64,000 nt of DNA from Bdellovibrionales bacterium (GTDB lineage Bacteria > Bdellovibrionota > UBA1018 > CAIMNF01): the NCBI GenBank assembly GCA_040380025.1, contig JBEIJY010000002.1, forward strand, positions 32,001 through 96,000, written 5' to 3'. Made by a program: the position numbers and the translations under genes. Of this stretch, positions 10,054 to 20,407 are shown one piece after another (position 1 is the stretch's first letter; every line of letters starts with the position of its first letter). A model generated the notes under the pieces. It was not told the DNA's origin and made no database searches. It saw only the letters and a program-made list of their open reading frames with translations.

Positions 10054-10089
10054 TGGATCAAATGCCCGCAGACCGTTATTGTGGGCCCC

Positions 10090-11688
10090 ATGCTTGATCG
10101 TCTGATTCAGCGCCTGACGGGCGGCCTCTTGGCTGTGCCGCTTGTTCTTGGCTCGTACCTTATCTTGCTTTGGAACATGAGTGTCCCGATGACGGGAGAT
10201 CAAAAAGTGTATCTCTCGATCGCGCTCGAGATGCGAGAGCGAGGCGAATGGATCATTCCGTACTTGTTCGAGCGCGCGAACTTCCTGAAGCCGCCTCTTC
10301 AATACTGGGCTACGCTTCTGGGCTGGAAGGTCTTCGGCTTCGGACTCTTCGGAGCATTGATTCCCTCGGTGCTTGCCATGATCGGGGCGGGTTGGGTCGT
10401 GCGGAGGATTTCGGGCGAGGGGAGCTTTCTTCCGCTCGTGTTTTTTTGCGCGACGATCGCCTCGATGACCTACGGAACGACCGCACAGATGGAGATCTGG
10501 ATCGTGCTGTTTTACCCTCTTTCTTGGATGCTCTGGCGCGAGCGTCGCGAGAACCTGGCTTGGATTTCGACCGGAGTCATGGCGCTCGTGAAGGGGCCGC
10601 TGTATCCGGCGCTTTGGGTGATCTCGGTGTCGGCACAAAAAGGATTTCAAAAACAAACGCGCGAGCTCCTGCGTCCCCGGTTTATCGGGGGGCTTGCTCT
10701 CGGGATTTTGATCGGGCTTTCTTGGTATTTTCTCGCGGCCCGAACCCATCTTCAGGCCATGCTCGATCAGTTCCTGCTTCGCGAGAATGTCGGAAAGCTC
10801 TCGACCTCGCAGGGGAGTCCCCTTGGCCTTTGGTCCGAATTCCTGGGCACGACGTTTCCGCTCCTGCCGTGGTGGGTGTTTTCGGTGGCGAGCAAGGAGT
10901 TCCGCGCGCGGTGGCGCGAGAACCGCGGGTTCTGGCTTGCCTACGGGCTGATTCCTGCGGTTTTCTTCACGCTGTTTCCGTACCGGGTGAATACCTATCT
11001 TTACATCCTGACTCCGCTTTTTGTGTGGATGCTCTCGATCCAGCCTCCTTCCGTTCCCCGTGCGCTCCGGCTTCCGGTTCAGTCTCTGGTGGCCATGGTT
11101 GCGGGAGTGATGCTTTTCTTGATTCTCCGATTGGTTCTCGGGGCGTGGATCGGAGCCTGGATTTTTGCTCTTTCGGTGGTCGCCTTGGCCATCTGGGTGA
11201 TTTCAATTTTTCGAATGAATCCCGCGCTCGTGGGACTCGGTGCGCTTTTGCTCGTGACCACGGTCCGGCTGGCCGCGATCGAGATCGGCGAGCGGGACAT
11301 CCGCGGGCTTCGGGAGTACCGCGCCGCGAATTCCGGTCAGCTCGCTTATTTTCTGGATGGCGAGGACATCTGGCATGAATTCGGGCTCATTTCTTCTGCG
11401 CTCGGCGAACCCATCTTGCGCATCCGGGGCCCCGAAGAAAAAGCCAGCTGGCTTGCCGGGGGCAATGCACTGATTCTTTCGAACGAGCAGGAATCGGAGG
11501 CCACGGGCCTTTCTTGTACCGAGTGGCGGCGCCTCAAGCGGCGCATGAAGTTCCCGCTTCGGGAGCTGATTTTGCAAGGACTTTCGATCGAAGACCCCGC
11601 GCTTCATCGCGTCTTCCGGCTGTGCCGGACCCCGGGTCCCGCGACTTCGGCGCCGGAATGTGGTAGGCTTCCCTGCACGAGTCAATGA
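10090..11688 (+). CDS. ArnT/PMT-family (GT83) membrane glycosyltransferase
   Basis: D...Y..IA.EM...G.W..P, KPPL.YW, LVKGP motifs; many TM helices. Confidence 0.85.
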   Translation: MLDRLIQRLTGGLLAVPLVLGSYLILLWNMSVPMTGDQKVYLSIALEMRERGEWIIPYLFERANFLKPPLQYWATLLGWKVFGFGLFGALIPSVLAMIGAGWVVRRISGEGSFLPLVFFCATIASMTYGTTAQMEIWIVLFYPLSWMLWRERRENLAWISTGVMALVKGPLYPALWVISVSAQKGFQKQTRELLRPRFIGGLALGILIGLSWYFLAARTHLQAMLDQFLLRENVGKLSTSQGSPLGLWSEFLGTTFPLLPWWVFSVASKEFRARWRENRGFWLAYGLIPAVFFTLFPYRVNTYLYILTPLFVWMLSIQPPSVPRALRLPVQSLVAMVAGVMLFLILRLVLGAWIGAWIFALSVVALAIWVISIFRMNPALVGLGALLLVTTVRLAAIEIGERDIRGLREYRAANSGQLAYFLDGEDIWHEFGLISSALGEPILRIRGPEEKASWLAGGNALILSNEQESEATGLSCTEWRRLKRRMKFPLRELILQGLSIEDPALHRVFRLCRTPGPATSAPECGRLPCTSQ

Positions 11689-12548
11689 GCGAAATGGAAC
11701 CGACACAGCGCAAATCCGTCGCGGTCGTGATCACGACCTACAACAATCCGAAGAGCCTTGAGCTTTGTTTGCTCTCGTTTGTGCGGCAAACCCACCGCGA
11801 TTTTGTGATTCACATCGCCGATGACGGTTCGGGCGACGAGACCCGCGATTTGATTCTGCGACTGAAGCGCGAGCTTCCGATCGAGATCTACCACCATTGG
11901 CACCCCGATCAGGGCTACCGCAAAGCGAAGATCAACAACACGGTGTTCGGCCAGATCGACCCCGCACGGTGCAAGGTCACGATCTGCATCGATCACGATG
12001 TCATTGTTCATCCTCGCTTTGTCGAAGATCACTACCGCGCCCACGAAACGCGCGGGTTTGCTCCGCTCCTCTTCATGGGACGACGGATCGATCTCGGCCC
12101 GCGCGTGACCGAATCGATCACGCCGGACGAGGTGTTCCGGTTCCAGAATGGAATGTCACTCCCGCTTTTTTGCTCCGGTCTTCGGGGCGAGACGAGGAAC
12201 ATCCTTCGGGCGGTGCGCCTCGAGGGGCCCCGCTGGCTGTTGCGGCTCATGAAGCGCGATCGGGTGCATGACCTTCTGGGCTCGAATTTTTCGATTTCCA
12301 CACGCACGCTCATCGAGGTGAACGGGTACAACGAGGATTACAAAAGCTACTGGGGCGAGGATGGCGATCTCTTTGTTCGCATCCGGAACCGCGGGGTCGA
12401 GATCGACGGTCTTATCGGCTATGCGATCCAGTGGCATCTGTACCACAAGCGACTCGAAGAAACTCCCGAGCACATCGCAAAGTACCGGGAGCTTCTCGAG
12501 AACCTCGATTATGTCGAATGCCCGAACGGCATCCGGAAATCACGATAA
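11685..12548 (+). CDS. GT2 family glycosyltransferase
   Basis: ITTYN, IADDGS, IDHD, NGYNEDY..WGED. Confidence 0.9.
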   Translation: MSEMEPTQRKSVAVVITTYNNPKSLELCLLSFVRQTHRDFVIHIADDGSGDETRDLILRLKRELPIEIYHHWHPDQGYRKAKINNTVFGQIDPARCKVTICIDHDVIVHPRFVEDHYRAHETRGFAPLLFMGRRIDLGPRVTESITPDEVFRFQNGMSLPLFCSGLRGETRNILRAVRLEGPRWLLRLMKRDRVHDLLGSNFSISTRTLIEVNGYNEDYKSYWGEDGDLFVRIRNRGVEIDGLIGYAIQWHLYHKRLEETPEHIAKYRELLENLDYVECPNGIRKSR

Positions 12549-14762
12549 GAACAGCATTTCGCGGTACTTCGGAAGCGGCCAGTGGTCGTCCGCGACCATC
12601 GTTTCGAGCTGATCGCAGTGGGTGCGGAGGGATTCCATCGCGGGCTTCAGTTCGGCCGCGATCTTCGCGGCTTTTTCTTCTTCGCTTCCCAGTGCGTGAA
12701 TCTGCGAGATCAGCCGTTCGAGCCGCTTCAGTTCGCCCTGGGCCGAACCGAGCGTCTGGTATAGCCGCGTGAGGACCTCGGCGTGCGGGGCCTGAAGGCC
12801 CGCCGATTTCGCGGCCGCGACTCCTTCGGCGATGATGGTCGAGTACTGGAAGGCCGCCGGCAGGATCTGGGTTTCGACCATGGTCTGCATGGTCTCGCCC
12901 TCGATCAGGACCTTCTTGTTGTAGATCTCGATCCGCACATGGAAGCGCGAGCGGATCTCGTCTTCTGAAAACACCTTGAGCCCGGTCAGGAGCTTCACCG
13001 ATTCGGCGCTCACGATCTGATGGAGCGCCTCGGGCGTGGTCTTCAGGTGCGGAAGCCCGCGTTTCGCCGCCTCGCGGACCCATTCTTCGGAGTAGCCGTT
13101 TCCTTCGAACCGGACTGCTTTCGTTTCGCGGATCGCATCTTTCACTACGGCAAAGATCGCCTCTTCGGTCGATTTCGCGGTTTTGAGCTTCTGGGCCAGG
13201 TCTTCGGCAATGGCGTCGATTCCGTCCGAAACCGCGCAATTCAACAGGGTCACGGGGAGGGAGCACGAGGCCGATGCGCCGACCGCGCGGAATTCGAATT
13301 TGTTCCCCGTGAACGCGAACGGTGAGGTTCGGTTCCGGTCGGTGTTGTCTTTCATCACGGTGGGCAATCGACTGACCCCGAGGCGAATCACCGCTTCGGC
13401 GTAGTTCAGGTCCTTGTGCGTGTCTTTCTCGATCTCGTTCAGCATGTTGTCGAGCATGTTGCCGAGGAACACCGAGATGATCGCCGGAGGGGCCTCGTTC
13501 GCGCCCAGCCGGTGGTCGTTCCCGCTCGAGGCGATCGATGCGCGGAGAAGCCCGGCATGTTTGTGCACGCCCTTCAGTGTTGCCATCAAGAACAGCAAAA
13601 ACCGCAGATTCTGATGCGGGGTTTTTCCCGGGTCCAGCAGGTTGATCCCCTCGACCTCGGCACTCCCGCTCGTGACCGACATCGACCAGTTGTTGTGCTT
13701 GCCGCTTCCGTTCACGCCTTTGAAGGGCTTTTCGTGCAACAGGAGCTCGAAGTCGTGCTTGCGGGCGATGCGCTTCAGCACCTCCATCGTGAGGTGATTG
13801 TGGTCGATGGCCACGTTCGCTTCTTCGAAGATCGGAGCGGTCTCGAACTGCATCGGCGCCACCTCGTTGTGGCGGGTTTTGGTCGGAACGCCGAGCTTGA
13901 AGAGTTCGGTTTCGGCCTCGCCCATGAAGGCCAGTACGCGGGGCGGGATGCTCCCGAAGTAGTGGTCCTCGAGCTGTTGCCCTTTCGGCGGATGCGCTCC
14001 CACCAGCGTCCGGCCCGACATGATCAGATCGGGTCGCAAGGTATAGAACGCGCGATCGATCAAGAAATATTCCTGCTCGGGCCCGAGGGTCGCGGTCACC
14101 GAGCGCGCCTCATCGCCGATCAGGCGCAGGAGCTTGCATGCGCTCTCGGAGAGTGCCTCGTTGCTGCGAAGCACGCCGGTTTTTTCGTCGAGGGCATCGC
14201 CATGGTAGCTGATGAACACCGAGGGGATGCACAGGGTGCGGGAAGAGCCGATTTCGGCGATGAAAATGGGCGAGGTGGGATCCCAAGCGGCATAGCCGCG
14301 CGCTTCGAAGGTGGTGCGCATTCCGCCCGAGGGAAAGCTCGAGGCATCGGGCTCGCTCTGGATGAGCTGTGCGCCCGAGAACCGCTCGAGCGCGGATCCG
14401 GTCGAATCGAGGGTAAGAAATGTGTCGTGCTTTTCGGCCGTGGTGCCGGTTTGCGGCTGGAACCAGTGGCAGTAATGGGTCACGCCGTTTTCGAGGGCCC
14501 ACTCTTTCATCGCGTGGGCGAGCGCATTGGCCACTTCGAGGTCGAGCTTTTTGCCCGAATGGGTGGCCAGGATGAAGCGCTTGTAAATGTCGTTCGGGAG
14601 CTTTTGCTTCATCTCTTTCAGGTTGAAGGTGGCCGATCCGAAGTAGTCCGAGATCTTCATTTGATTCCCGTTCTCGTCCCGGGGCGGATCCACCCGAAGC
14701 GGTTTGCGGGCAGAAACGGTTTGCATTGCCTGATAACGGGGATGGGATCCGGAATGGTTCAT
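12540..14762 (-). CDS. glnN: Glutamine synthetase type III
   Basis: HYCHWFQP.TG.TAEKHD, EPDASSFP, HEKPF.GVNGSGKH, DHRLGANEAPP, DRNRTSPFAFTGNKFEFR; RBS AGGAGG. Confidence 0.96.
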   Translation of the reverse strand: MNHSGSHPRYQAMQTVSARKPLRVDPPRDENGNQMKISDYFGSATFNLKEMKQKLPNDIYKRFILATHSGKKLDLEVANALAHAMKEWALENGVTHYCHWFQPQTGTTAEKHDTFLTLDSTGSALERFSGAQLIQSEPDASSFPSGGMRTTFEARGYAAWDPTSPIFIAEIGSSRTLCIPSVFISYHGDALDEKTGVLRSNEALSESACKLLRLIGDEARSVTATLGPEQEYFLIDRAFYTLRPDLIMSGRTLVGAHPPKGQQLEDHYFGSIPPRVLAFMGEAETELFKLGVPTKTRHNEVAPMQFETAPIFEEANVAIDHNHLTMEVLKRIARKHDFELLLHEKPFKGVNGSGKHNNWSMSVTSGSAEVEGINLLDPGKTPHQNLRFLLFLMATLKGVHKHAGLLRASIASSGNDHRLGANEAPPAIISVFLGNMLDNMLNEIEKDTHKDLNYAEAVIRLGVSRLPTVMKDNTDRNRTSPFAFTGNKFEFRAVGASASCSLPVTLLNCAVSDGIDAIAEDLAQKLKTAKSTEEAIFAVVKDAIRETKAVRFEGNGYSEEWVREAAKRGLPHLKTTPEALHQIVSAESVKLLTGLKVFSEDEIRSRFHVRIEIYNKKVLIEGETMQTMVETQILPAAFQYSTIIAEGVAAAKSAGLQAPHAEVLTRLYQTLGSAQGELKRLERLISQIHALGSEEEKAAKIAAELKPAMESLRTHCDQLETMVADDHWPLPKYREMLFLS

Positions 14763-14856
14763 GGGTGCCTCCTGAGCGACAAGCGCATCGTTCCATTTCC
14801 CGGCCCGAAATTCAATATCGTCCCGTGCACGAAAGCCGGTTGAATTCTGACCGGAA

Positions 14857-16020
14857 TCAGTAAATCCGGAAAACCGAAAACTGCGATTCGAGGCCCCCGT
14901 TGTGAAGGGCCCATTTTTTGTCGGGCTTCAGTCCGATTTTGTGGAGCAGTTGCTTTTCGGAGGTGATCACCCCGGCGGACCAGCCCTGAAACTTGTGCTT
15001 CAGGGTCGAGCCCATGGCCTGATACACGGGGCCCAGGGTTTCGAGCTCGTTCAGGCGCACGCCGTAGGGAGGGTTCGTGACGATCAGGCCTTTCGGTGCG
15101 AAGGCGGTCGAGTCCTCGAATCGTTCGATCCGGAGCCGGACCAGCCCTTCGAAGCCTGCATTCTTCAGGTTTTCACGGCAAACCGAAACCGCTTCGGAGT
15201 TCGCATCCCCGCCGACCATGATCGGGAGTTTGGAGGCCTCGAGCACCCGTTCTGCCGAAACCCGATCGAACACGGTCTGGAAGAGCTCGGGATCATGCCC
15301 GAGCCAGGCAAAAAACCCGAACCGTCTGCGATAGAGTCCGGGCGCCGTGCGGGTTGCGATCATCGCCGCCTCGGTGAGCAGGGTGCCCGAGCCGCAAAAC
15401 GGATCGAGAAACACAAAGCCCTCGTTGCAGAAGTATTGCCAGCCCGAAAGCAGCAACAACCCTGCCGCGAGGTTTTCTTTCATCGGGGCTTCGAGGGTCT
15501 TCGCGCGATACCCGCGCTCATGAAGACTCGGGCCCGAAAGATCGAGATACACCTTCAGGATCTGATCATGAAGGTGGAGCCGGATCGTGATGTCGGGATC
15601 ATCGCGGCGGACATTCGGTCTTGCGAGCCCCCGATCACGAAAGCAATCGACGATGGCGTCCTTGGCCTTGAGGGCCCAGAACTGGTGGTTCACTGGAATT
15701 CTTCGCTCTTTGGTCTCGCTTGCAGTCAGATACACCGCGAAGGTCGAATCGGGCGAAAACACCTTGGTCCAGTCGACCTCACGGATGGCCGAGTACAGCT
15801 CCTCGGGCTTGAAGATTTTTTTGAATCGCGCAAGCTGGAGCAGAACCCGCGAGGCGGTTCTGAGCTTCAAATTCGCCAAATAGGCAGTCTCGAGTGTTCC
15901 TTCGAATTCGACGCCTCCCGGATAGGTCGCGGTGATGGTGGCCGGAAGGCCTTCGACTTCTTTGCCGAGCACGCCGTCGAGGCCGCCCGGACAGATTGCA
16001 AAAAACGCGAGTTTGCTCAT
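14857..16020 (-). CDS. rlmL: THUMP-domain rRNA m2G methyltransferase (RlmL-like)
   Basis: LHERGYR, APMKENLAAG, DPFCGSGT, TNPPYG; ATG at 16020. Confidence 0.88.
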   Translation of the reverse strand: MSKLAFFAICPGGLDGVLGKEVEGLPATITATYPGGVEFEGTLETAYLANLKLRTASRVLLQLARFKKIFKPEELYSAIREVDWTKVFSPDSTFAVYLTASETKERRIPVNHQFWALKAKDAIVDCFRDRGLARPNVRRDDPDITIRLHLHDQILKVYLDLSGPSLHERGYRAKTLEAPMKENLAAGLLLLSGWQYFCNEGFVFLDPFCGSGTLLTEAAMIATRTAPGLYRRRFGFFAWLGHDPELFQTVFDRVSAERVLEASKLPIMVGGDANSEAVSVCRENLKNAGFEGLVRLRIERFEDSTAFAPKGLIVTNPPYGVRLNELETLGPVYQAMGSTLKHKFQGWSAGVITSEKQLLHKIGLKPDKKWALHNGGLESQFSVFRIY

Positions 16021-16175
16021 TTGGTCTCCGGTGTGGCGACAGGGGTGGGAGAGGGACTCGGACCCTTGGAGGAGCGGGTTTCGGAGGGATCGGGAATCGA
16101 GTACAGCGGCACAGGAGGTTTTTTCACCCCGCATGCGGTCAGAGTCAGAGTCAGGATCAAAAGAATTCGATTCAT
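16017..16175 (-). CDS. Small lipoprotein (LptM/YifL-like CGxKxP motif)
   Basis: MNRILLILTLTLTACGVKKPP lipobox; stop overlaps the rlmL start. Confidence 0.7.
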   Translation of the reverse strand: MNRILLILTLTLTACGVKKPPVPLYSIPDPSETRSSKGPSPSPTPVATPETK

Positions 16176-16179
16176 GAGG

Positions 16180-17340
16180 TTACCATTTGACCGCAAGACC
16201 GAGCGCCATCCGGTCGATTCCGAGGTCGGCGCGAACATACCATTGCGGGCCGATTTGATAAAGAACTCCCAGTCCCGCTGTCGGTTGGAATCCCGAAAGT
16301 GCCGATTCCCCGATCGTGTTTCCTGCCGTGGAAGAGATCATCCAGTTATATTGGGCTCCGAGGTACCCGAGGACTGCGAAATCGGAATTGAGCTGGACGG
16401 AGTACAGGATCTCCGAGCGGATAGGGAGCACGTCATAGCTGTCGAACAGCCCCGTCAGGTTCATGAAGGAGTAATAGCCGGCGCCGAATTCGATCGAAAA
16501 AGAATCCTCGGGCCCCTGTCCCCGGAACCAGACGCCCTGATCGACCACTGTATTGAAGTAGGCGGTGAATCCGTTCGCGGTGTTTCCGGGCCACTGAAAA
16601 TTCGACATGTTCCGGAAGCTTCCGACCGAAACCCCGAGCGTTCGGGGATAGCGAATCAGTGATTCCTTTTCTTCGATGGCAGGAGTGGGTGTCCTGAACT
16701 GTTCTTCTTCGGGTTCAGGCGGAATCGATGCGTCCAGCTCTTCGTCATAGGCATCCACCGGAGATTCCTTCGGTGTCTCCTCGGGTGTTGGCGCAGGCGA
16801 GGCCTCTGGCTCGGGAGCGGGCGTAGCTTCTGGTTCGGGCGTCGGAGTTGCTTCGGGCTCAGGAGTCGGAGTCGCTTCGGGCTCAGGAGTCGGAGTTGCC
16901 ACCGGTTCGGCAGTGGGTGGCGGTGCCGCATCGGGGGGCGGGGGAGATGCCCCGTTCGGGGGGGCGGGCACGAGTTCGGCGAGTTTTTCAGCTCCCCGGT
17001 AGGATTGATTCAGTTGCAGGCTTCCTTCGGACTCGTATCGACGGACCCGCTTGGCGATCATTTCTTGTTTGGAGCCATCGGTTTGAAGAACCCGGAATGC
17101 CATGACGGGTTTCTGGTCGGCCTTCACGAGCACGATCGAGCCGGTTTTTGGTGGTTCTTCCTGCACTTTGAAGCGATATATGCGACCAGAACGGCTGATC
17201 TCGAGCGGGGTCAGGTCGAAGGATCGGGCCTCAATCCCAGGAAGCGGATCGCCCGGAGTGGCCGCTCCCGAGCAGGTGAGGAGCAACGCCAGCAGAAGGA
17301 CTGAAAACAGCCTTTGACGAACCGAGTGGTTTGTCTTCAC
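16180..17340 (-). CDS. Secreted/outer-membrane protein with Pro-Glu-Thr linker and C-terminal beta-barrel
   Basis: Signal peptide, PTPEPEAT repeats, amphipathic strands ending in LAVKW. Confidence 0.7.
   Translation of the reverse strand: MKTNHSVRQRLFSVLLLALLLTCSGAATPGDPLPGIEARSFDLTPLEISRSGRIYRFKVQEEPPKTGSIVLVKADQKPVMAFRVLQTDGSKQEMIAKRVRRYESEGSLQLNQSYRGAEKLAELVPAPPNGASPPPPDAAPPPTAEPVATPTPEPEATPTPEPEATPTPEPEATPAPEPEASPAPTPEETPKESPVDAYDEELDASIPPEPEEEQFRTPTPAIEEKESLIRYPRTLGVSVGSFRNMSNFQWPGNTANGFTAYFNTVVDQGVWFRGQGPEDSFSIEFGAGYYSFMNLTGLFDSYDVLPIRSEILYSVQLNSDFAVLGYLGAQYNWMISSTAGNTIGESALSGFQPTAGLGVLYQIGPQWYVRADLGIDRMALGLAVKW
16802..16897. repeat. Four degenerate 24-bp tandem repeats encoding TPTPEPEA
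   Basis: Units such as GCTTCGGGCTCAGGAGTCGGAGT(C/T) starting at 16802, 16826, 16850 and 16874. Confidence 0.85.
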
Positions 17341-17360
17341 ACTACCTTCGATTGTACTCG

Positions 17361-18221
17361 ATGAAGATCAAAGCTTCCATTTCTTTGCTGATTTTTGCCC
17401 TCTGGCCCTGGGGTCTACCTCGAGCCGTGCCTCTTGCTCCGCCGAAGAGTCAAACGATTGAACAGGATCTTCTTCTTGCCCGTTCGCATCTTCAACAAGA
17501 ACGACGCGCGGATGCGCAAAAACTTCTCTCGGCACTTTTTGCCCACCGAAGGGATGAGCGAGTGAGCAGGCTTCTGGCCCATGCCGGAACCCTGTTCTTT
17601 CGTCAGGAGACTTCCGACCTTTATCAGGACGGACTCCGGCTTCTAATCGAGAGGAAGCTTCCCGAGGCACGGGAGCGGTTCGAGCAGGCGTTGAGCCGGG
17701 AGCCCGGACAGGTTCTGGTCATCACCAGACTGGTCCAACTCGATTTGCTGCAACAGCGCTGGGATTCAGCCGCCGCGCGGATCCGCGAGGTTCTTCCTTT
17801 TGCCCCCCAGTCCCAGGAACTCCGGTATTTTGCAATCCGGGTTCTTGCCGAGCTCGAGGAGCCGGGGCGCGAAACGCAAGCGGTAAGGGGCCTGCCTCCG
17901 GTCCGGCGGCCGTTTCCGGCAGAAGAGGTGCCCTTTGTTTTTGTGCTGGAATACCTGAAAAAAGCAGGAAAAACCGACGAGATCCGCGCAGCGCTCCGCG
18001 AGTTCCTGCCCTCCCGTCCGGAATGGATCCATGCCCGGGTGTGGGCCATGCTGAACGCGGGACTCGGTGCATCGGCAAACAAGACCCTGAAAAACGAAAT
18101 CGACCGCGGGTTGAAGAACCGCGATCGATTCGAAAAAATTCTCGAAAAAACGATGAAGCGAACCCAGTATCACTGGATCGGCCACTTCTCGTATGAGGGC
18201 CTAGTGAATCAGGTCCGATGA
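17361..18221 (+). CDS. TPR-repeat protein with signal peptide
   Basis: YQDG..L.....PEARERFEQALSREP TPR-like helix pair; hydrophobic N-terminus. Confidence 0.7.
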   Translation: MKIKASISLLIFALWPWGLPRAVPLAPPKSQTIEQDLLLARSHLQQERRADAQKLLSALFAHRRDERVSRLLAHAGTLFFRQETSDLYQDGLRLLIERKLPEARERFEQALSREPGQVLVITRLVQLDLLQQRWDSAAARIREVLPFAPQSQELRYFAIRVLAELEEPGRETQAVRGLPPVRRPFPAEEVPFVFVLEYLKKAGKTDEIRAALREFLPSRPEWIHARVWAMLNAGLGASANKTLKNEIDRGLKNRDRFEKILEKTMKRTQYHWIGHFSYEGLVNQVR

Positions 18222-18599
18222 AGGCGGGCGCGGGCCATTGACGCGGATCGAGCTGTTTTCCTTCTCGAAAATCTCTTGGCAATCGAGGCAAAGGGTCGCA
18301 TCCGGCCGGACGCGCAGGCGCTTCACCGGAATGTCGGCATCGCACTCGAGGCACACCCCGAAGGTTCCGGTCTCGATGCGCTGGAGGCAGAGTTCGATCC
18401 GCGAGAGTTCGGTCTTCCAGTGCGCGCTCATGCGCTCGCGCGTGAACCATTCGCCCTCGATGTCGGACCGGTCGATCACGTCTTTCATGCTCGACTCGTC
18501 TTCGGCGGGGTTCTGGTTGTTTTGCTGTTGAAGGTTCAGAATCATCTTTTTCTTTGCAAGAAGCTCGTTCTTCAACTGGGATACGGTTTTGGGGTTCAT
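18201..18599 (-). CDS. dksA: DksA/TraR family C4 zinc-finger transcription factor
   Basis: DVIDRS coiled-coil tip; GTFGVCLEC...IPVKRLRVRP.ATLCLDC. Confidence 0.88.
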   Translation of the reverse strand: MNPKTVSQLKNELLAKKKMILNLQQQNNQNPAEDESSMKDVIDRSDIEGEWFTRERMSAHWKTELSRIELCLQRIETGTFGVCLECDADIPVKRLRVRPDATLCLDCQEIFEKENSSIRVNGPRPPSSDLIH

Positions 18600-18816
18600 G
18601 AAATCTCCATGGGAATTCAGAAGGCGCGAGCGTACGGGAATCGAAGGGCGAAGTCAACGAATCTCGCAAAAAACCTCGAAAAAACCGCTGAAAATTGCAA
18701 AAAAAGACTGCCGAAAAAACTCCGGTTTTCAATCAAAGGGCATGACCCGCGCTTGATGCTGGACAAAGACGATTCGCGGGCCTACCCTCCCTTCAAGAAA
18801 AAAGGAAGGGAACATC

Positions 18817-19455
18817 GTGGGGAGCCAAAAGATCTTCATCGCAGTCGCTGGAAACATCGGAACCGGAAAAACCACGCTCACCCGCATGTTGGCCGATCGC
18901 TTCAAGTGGGATGCCCACTTCGAGTCCGTCACCGACAATCCCTACTTGTCGGATTTTTATTCCGACATGAAACGCTGGAGCTTTCCGCTCCAGATTTATT
19001 TCATGACCCACCGGGTGCGTGCGCATCAGCGGATCACCGAGGGACTGGCATCGGCCATTCAAGACCGGACGATTTACGAAGATGCGAACATTTTCGCCCG
19101 GAACCTCTATGAGCAAAAACTCATGGAGGAGCGCGATTACCGCAATTATCTCGAAGTGTACCATGTGGTCACGGGCGCGTTGCCGCCTCCGATGCTGATG
19201 ATTTATCTGCGGAAGTCCTTGCCCCGCCTTCAGGAGCAAATCCGGAAACGGGGCCGTGACTACGAGCTCGACATGCCGACCGAGTATCTTTCGAACTTGA
19301 ACCGCTACTATGACGAGTGGATCGAAAGTTATCAGAACGGCAAAAAGCTCGTGATCGAAAGCGACGGGCTCGATTTTGTCGAGCGGCCCGCCGACTTCGA
19401 CTTGATCTGCCGCAAGGTCATTGACTCGTTGGACCAGCAGGATTTGTTCCTCTAG
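18817..19455 (+). CDS. Deoxynucleoside kinase
   Basis: GNIGTGKTT, NPYL.DFY.D..RW, QDRTIYED, IRKRGRDYE. Confidence 0.93.
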   Translation: MGSQKIFIAVAGNIGTGKTTLTRMLADRFKWDAHFESVTDNPYLSDFYSDMKRWSFPLQIYFMTHRVRAHQRITEGLASAIQDRTIYEDANIFARNLYEQKLMEERDYRNYLEVYHVVTGALPPPMLMIYLRKSLPRLQEQIRKRGRDYELDMPTEYLSNLNRYYDEWIESYQNGKKLVIESDGLDFVERPADFDLICRKVIDSLDQQDLFL

Positions 19456-19524
19456 GGCGAACGCCAATTTTTTTTTCTCAAGAAAGCTCGGGCTTCTTCC
19501 GATGAACCGGATGGAGGCCATAAA

Positions 19525-20361
19525 ATGAGCTGCTTAAAAAAATCGAGCCTGGCGCGGCCATGGGTTGCGTTGGCGATGTTTTTGTTGATTCAGGGTTGTT
19601 CCTCCTCTCAGGTTGAGGAGTCTGCCGATCCTTCGGCCGAAGCACCGGCCGAGGAGGCCGCGATCGAAGGTTCCGGAGAAGCCGCGACCGATGCAGTTCC
19701 TCCGGCAGATCCAGCATCCGATCCGGCGGCCCAGGAACCCGCTCCAGATGCTTTGGCCGCCAGCGAAGTGCCGCCCCCTCCACCGCCAGAAGAGACCCCC
19801 GCGGAAGCGCCAGTGGAAGTTGCCCAACCCGAGACTCCGATCGAAGAGGCTGCTCCGGTTGCGGATGCCGCTCCTGCGGCTCCGGTTTCGGGCGAGTTGA
19901 CCTCGTATCGTGTGCGGCGCGGCGATACTCTGATGAAGATTTCTTTCGAGAAGTTCGGCGATGTGTATCGCTGGAGGGAGATTCTCGACGCAAACCAAGA
20001 CAAGCTTCGAGGCGCCTCGGAACTCACCCCTGGAACCGAGCTTTTGCTCCCTGGTGTGGAGATGGTCACCATCGTCCGGAATGGAGAAGAGTACCTGATC
20101 AAAAAAGGCGACACTTTGGGTCTGATCTCGAACGAAGTCTACGGAACCCCTGCTAAGTGGAAGAAGCTCTGGAAGAACAACCGTCAACTGATCAAGAACC
20201 CGAACCGGATCTACGCCGGATTCAGCCTCTACTACATTCCCGAGGCGCGAATTTCGGGCGAGGAGCAAGGAGAAGATTCATCCGCTTCTGTGCAATCGCT
20301 CCCATTTAAGGGATCGGAGCCGCCTGCGGAGTCCGCCCGAGCGCCCGCATCGACGAAATAA
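19525..20361 (+). CDS. LysM peptidoglycan-binding lipoprotein (two LysM domains)
   Basis: Lipobox IQGC; acidic Pro/Ala linker; YRVRRGDTLMKIS and YLIKKGDTLGLIS. Confidence 0.88.
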   Translation: MSCLKKSSLARPWVALAMFLLIQGCSSSQVEESADPSAEAPAEEAAIEGSGEAATDAVPPADPASDPAAQEPAPDALAASEVPPPPPPEETPAEAPVEVAQPETPIEEAAPVADAAPAAPVSGELTSYRVRRGDTLMKISFEKFGDVYRWREILDANQDKLRGASELTPGTELLLPGVEMVTIVRNGEEYLIKKGDTLGLISNEVYGTPAKWKKLWKNNRQLIKNPNRIYAGFSLYYIPEARISGEEQGEDSSASVQSLPFKGSEPPAESARAPASTK

Positions 20362-20407
20362 TTCCTCTTGGATTCAAGGGTGGAACCTTGTTAGCCTTGA
20401 CCCACCT

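Noticed and set aside
9166..10749. Long antisense ORFs (this 527-aa one, and others such as 14902-16662, 28333-30159, 31017-32681, 34776-36407, 52028-54151)
   Set aside because: They lie opposite well-supported genes, show no recognisable motifs and are expected shadows of GC-rich codon usage.
16802..16897. Tandem repeats as a CRISPR array
   Set aside because: No spacers, in-frame coding repeats of a Pro-rich linker, and no cas genes.
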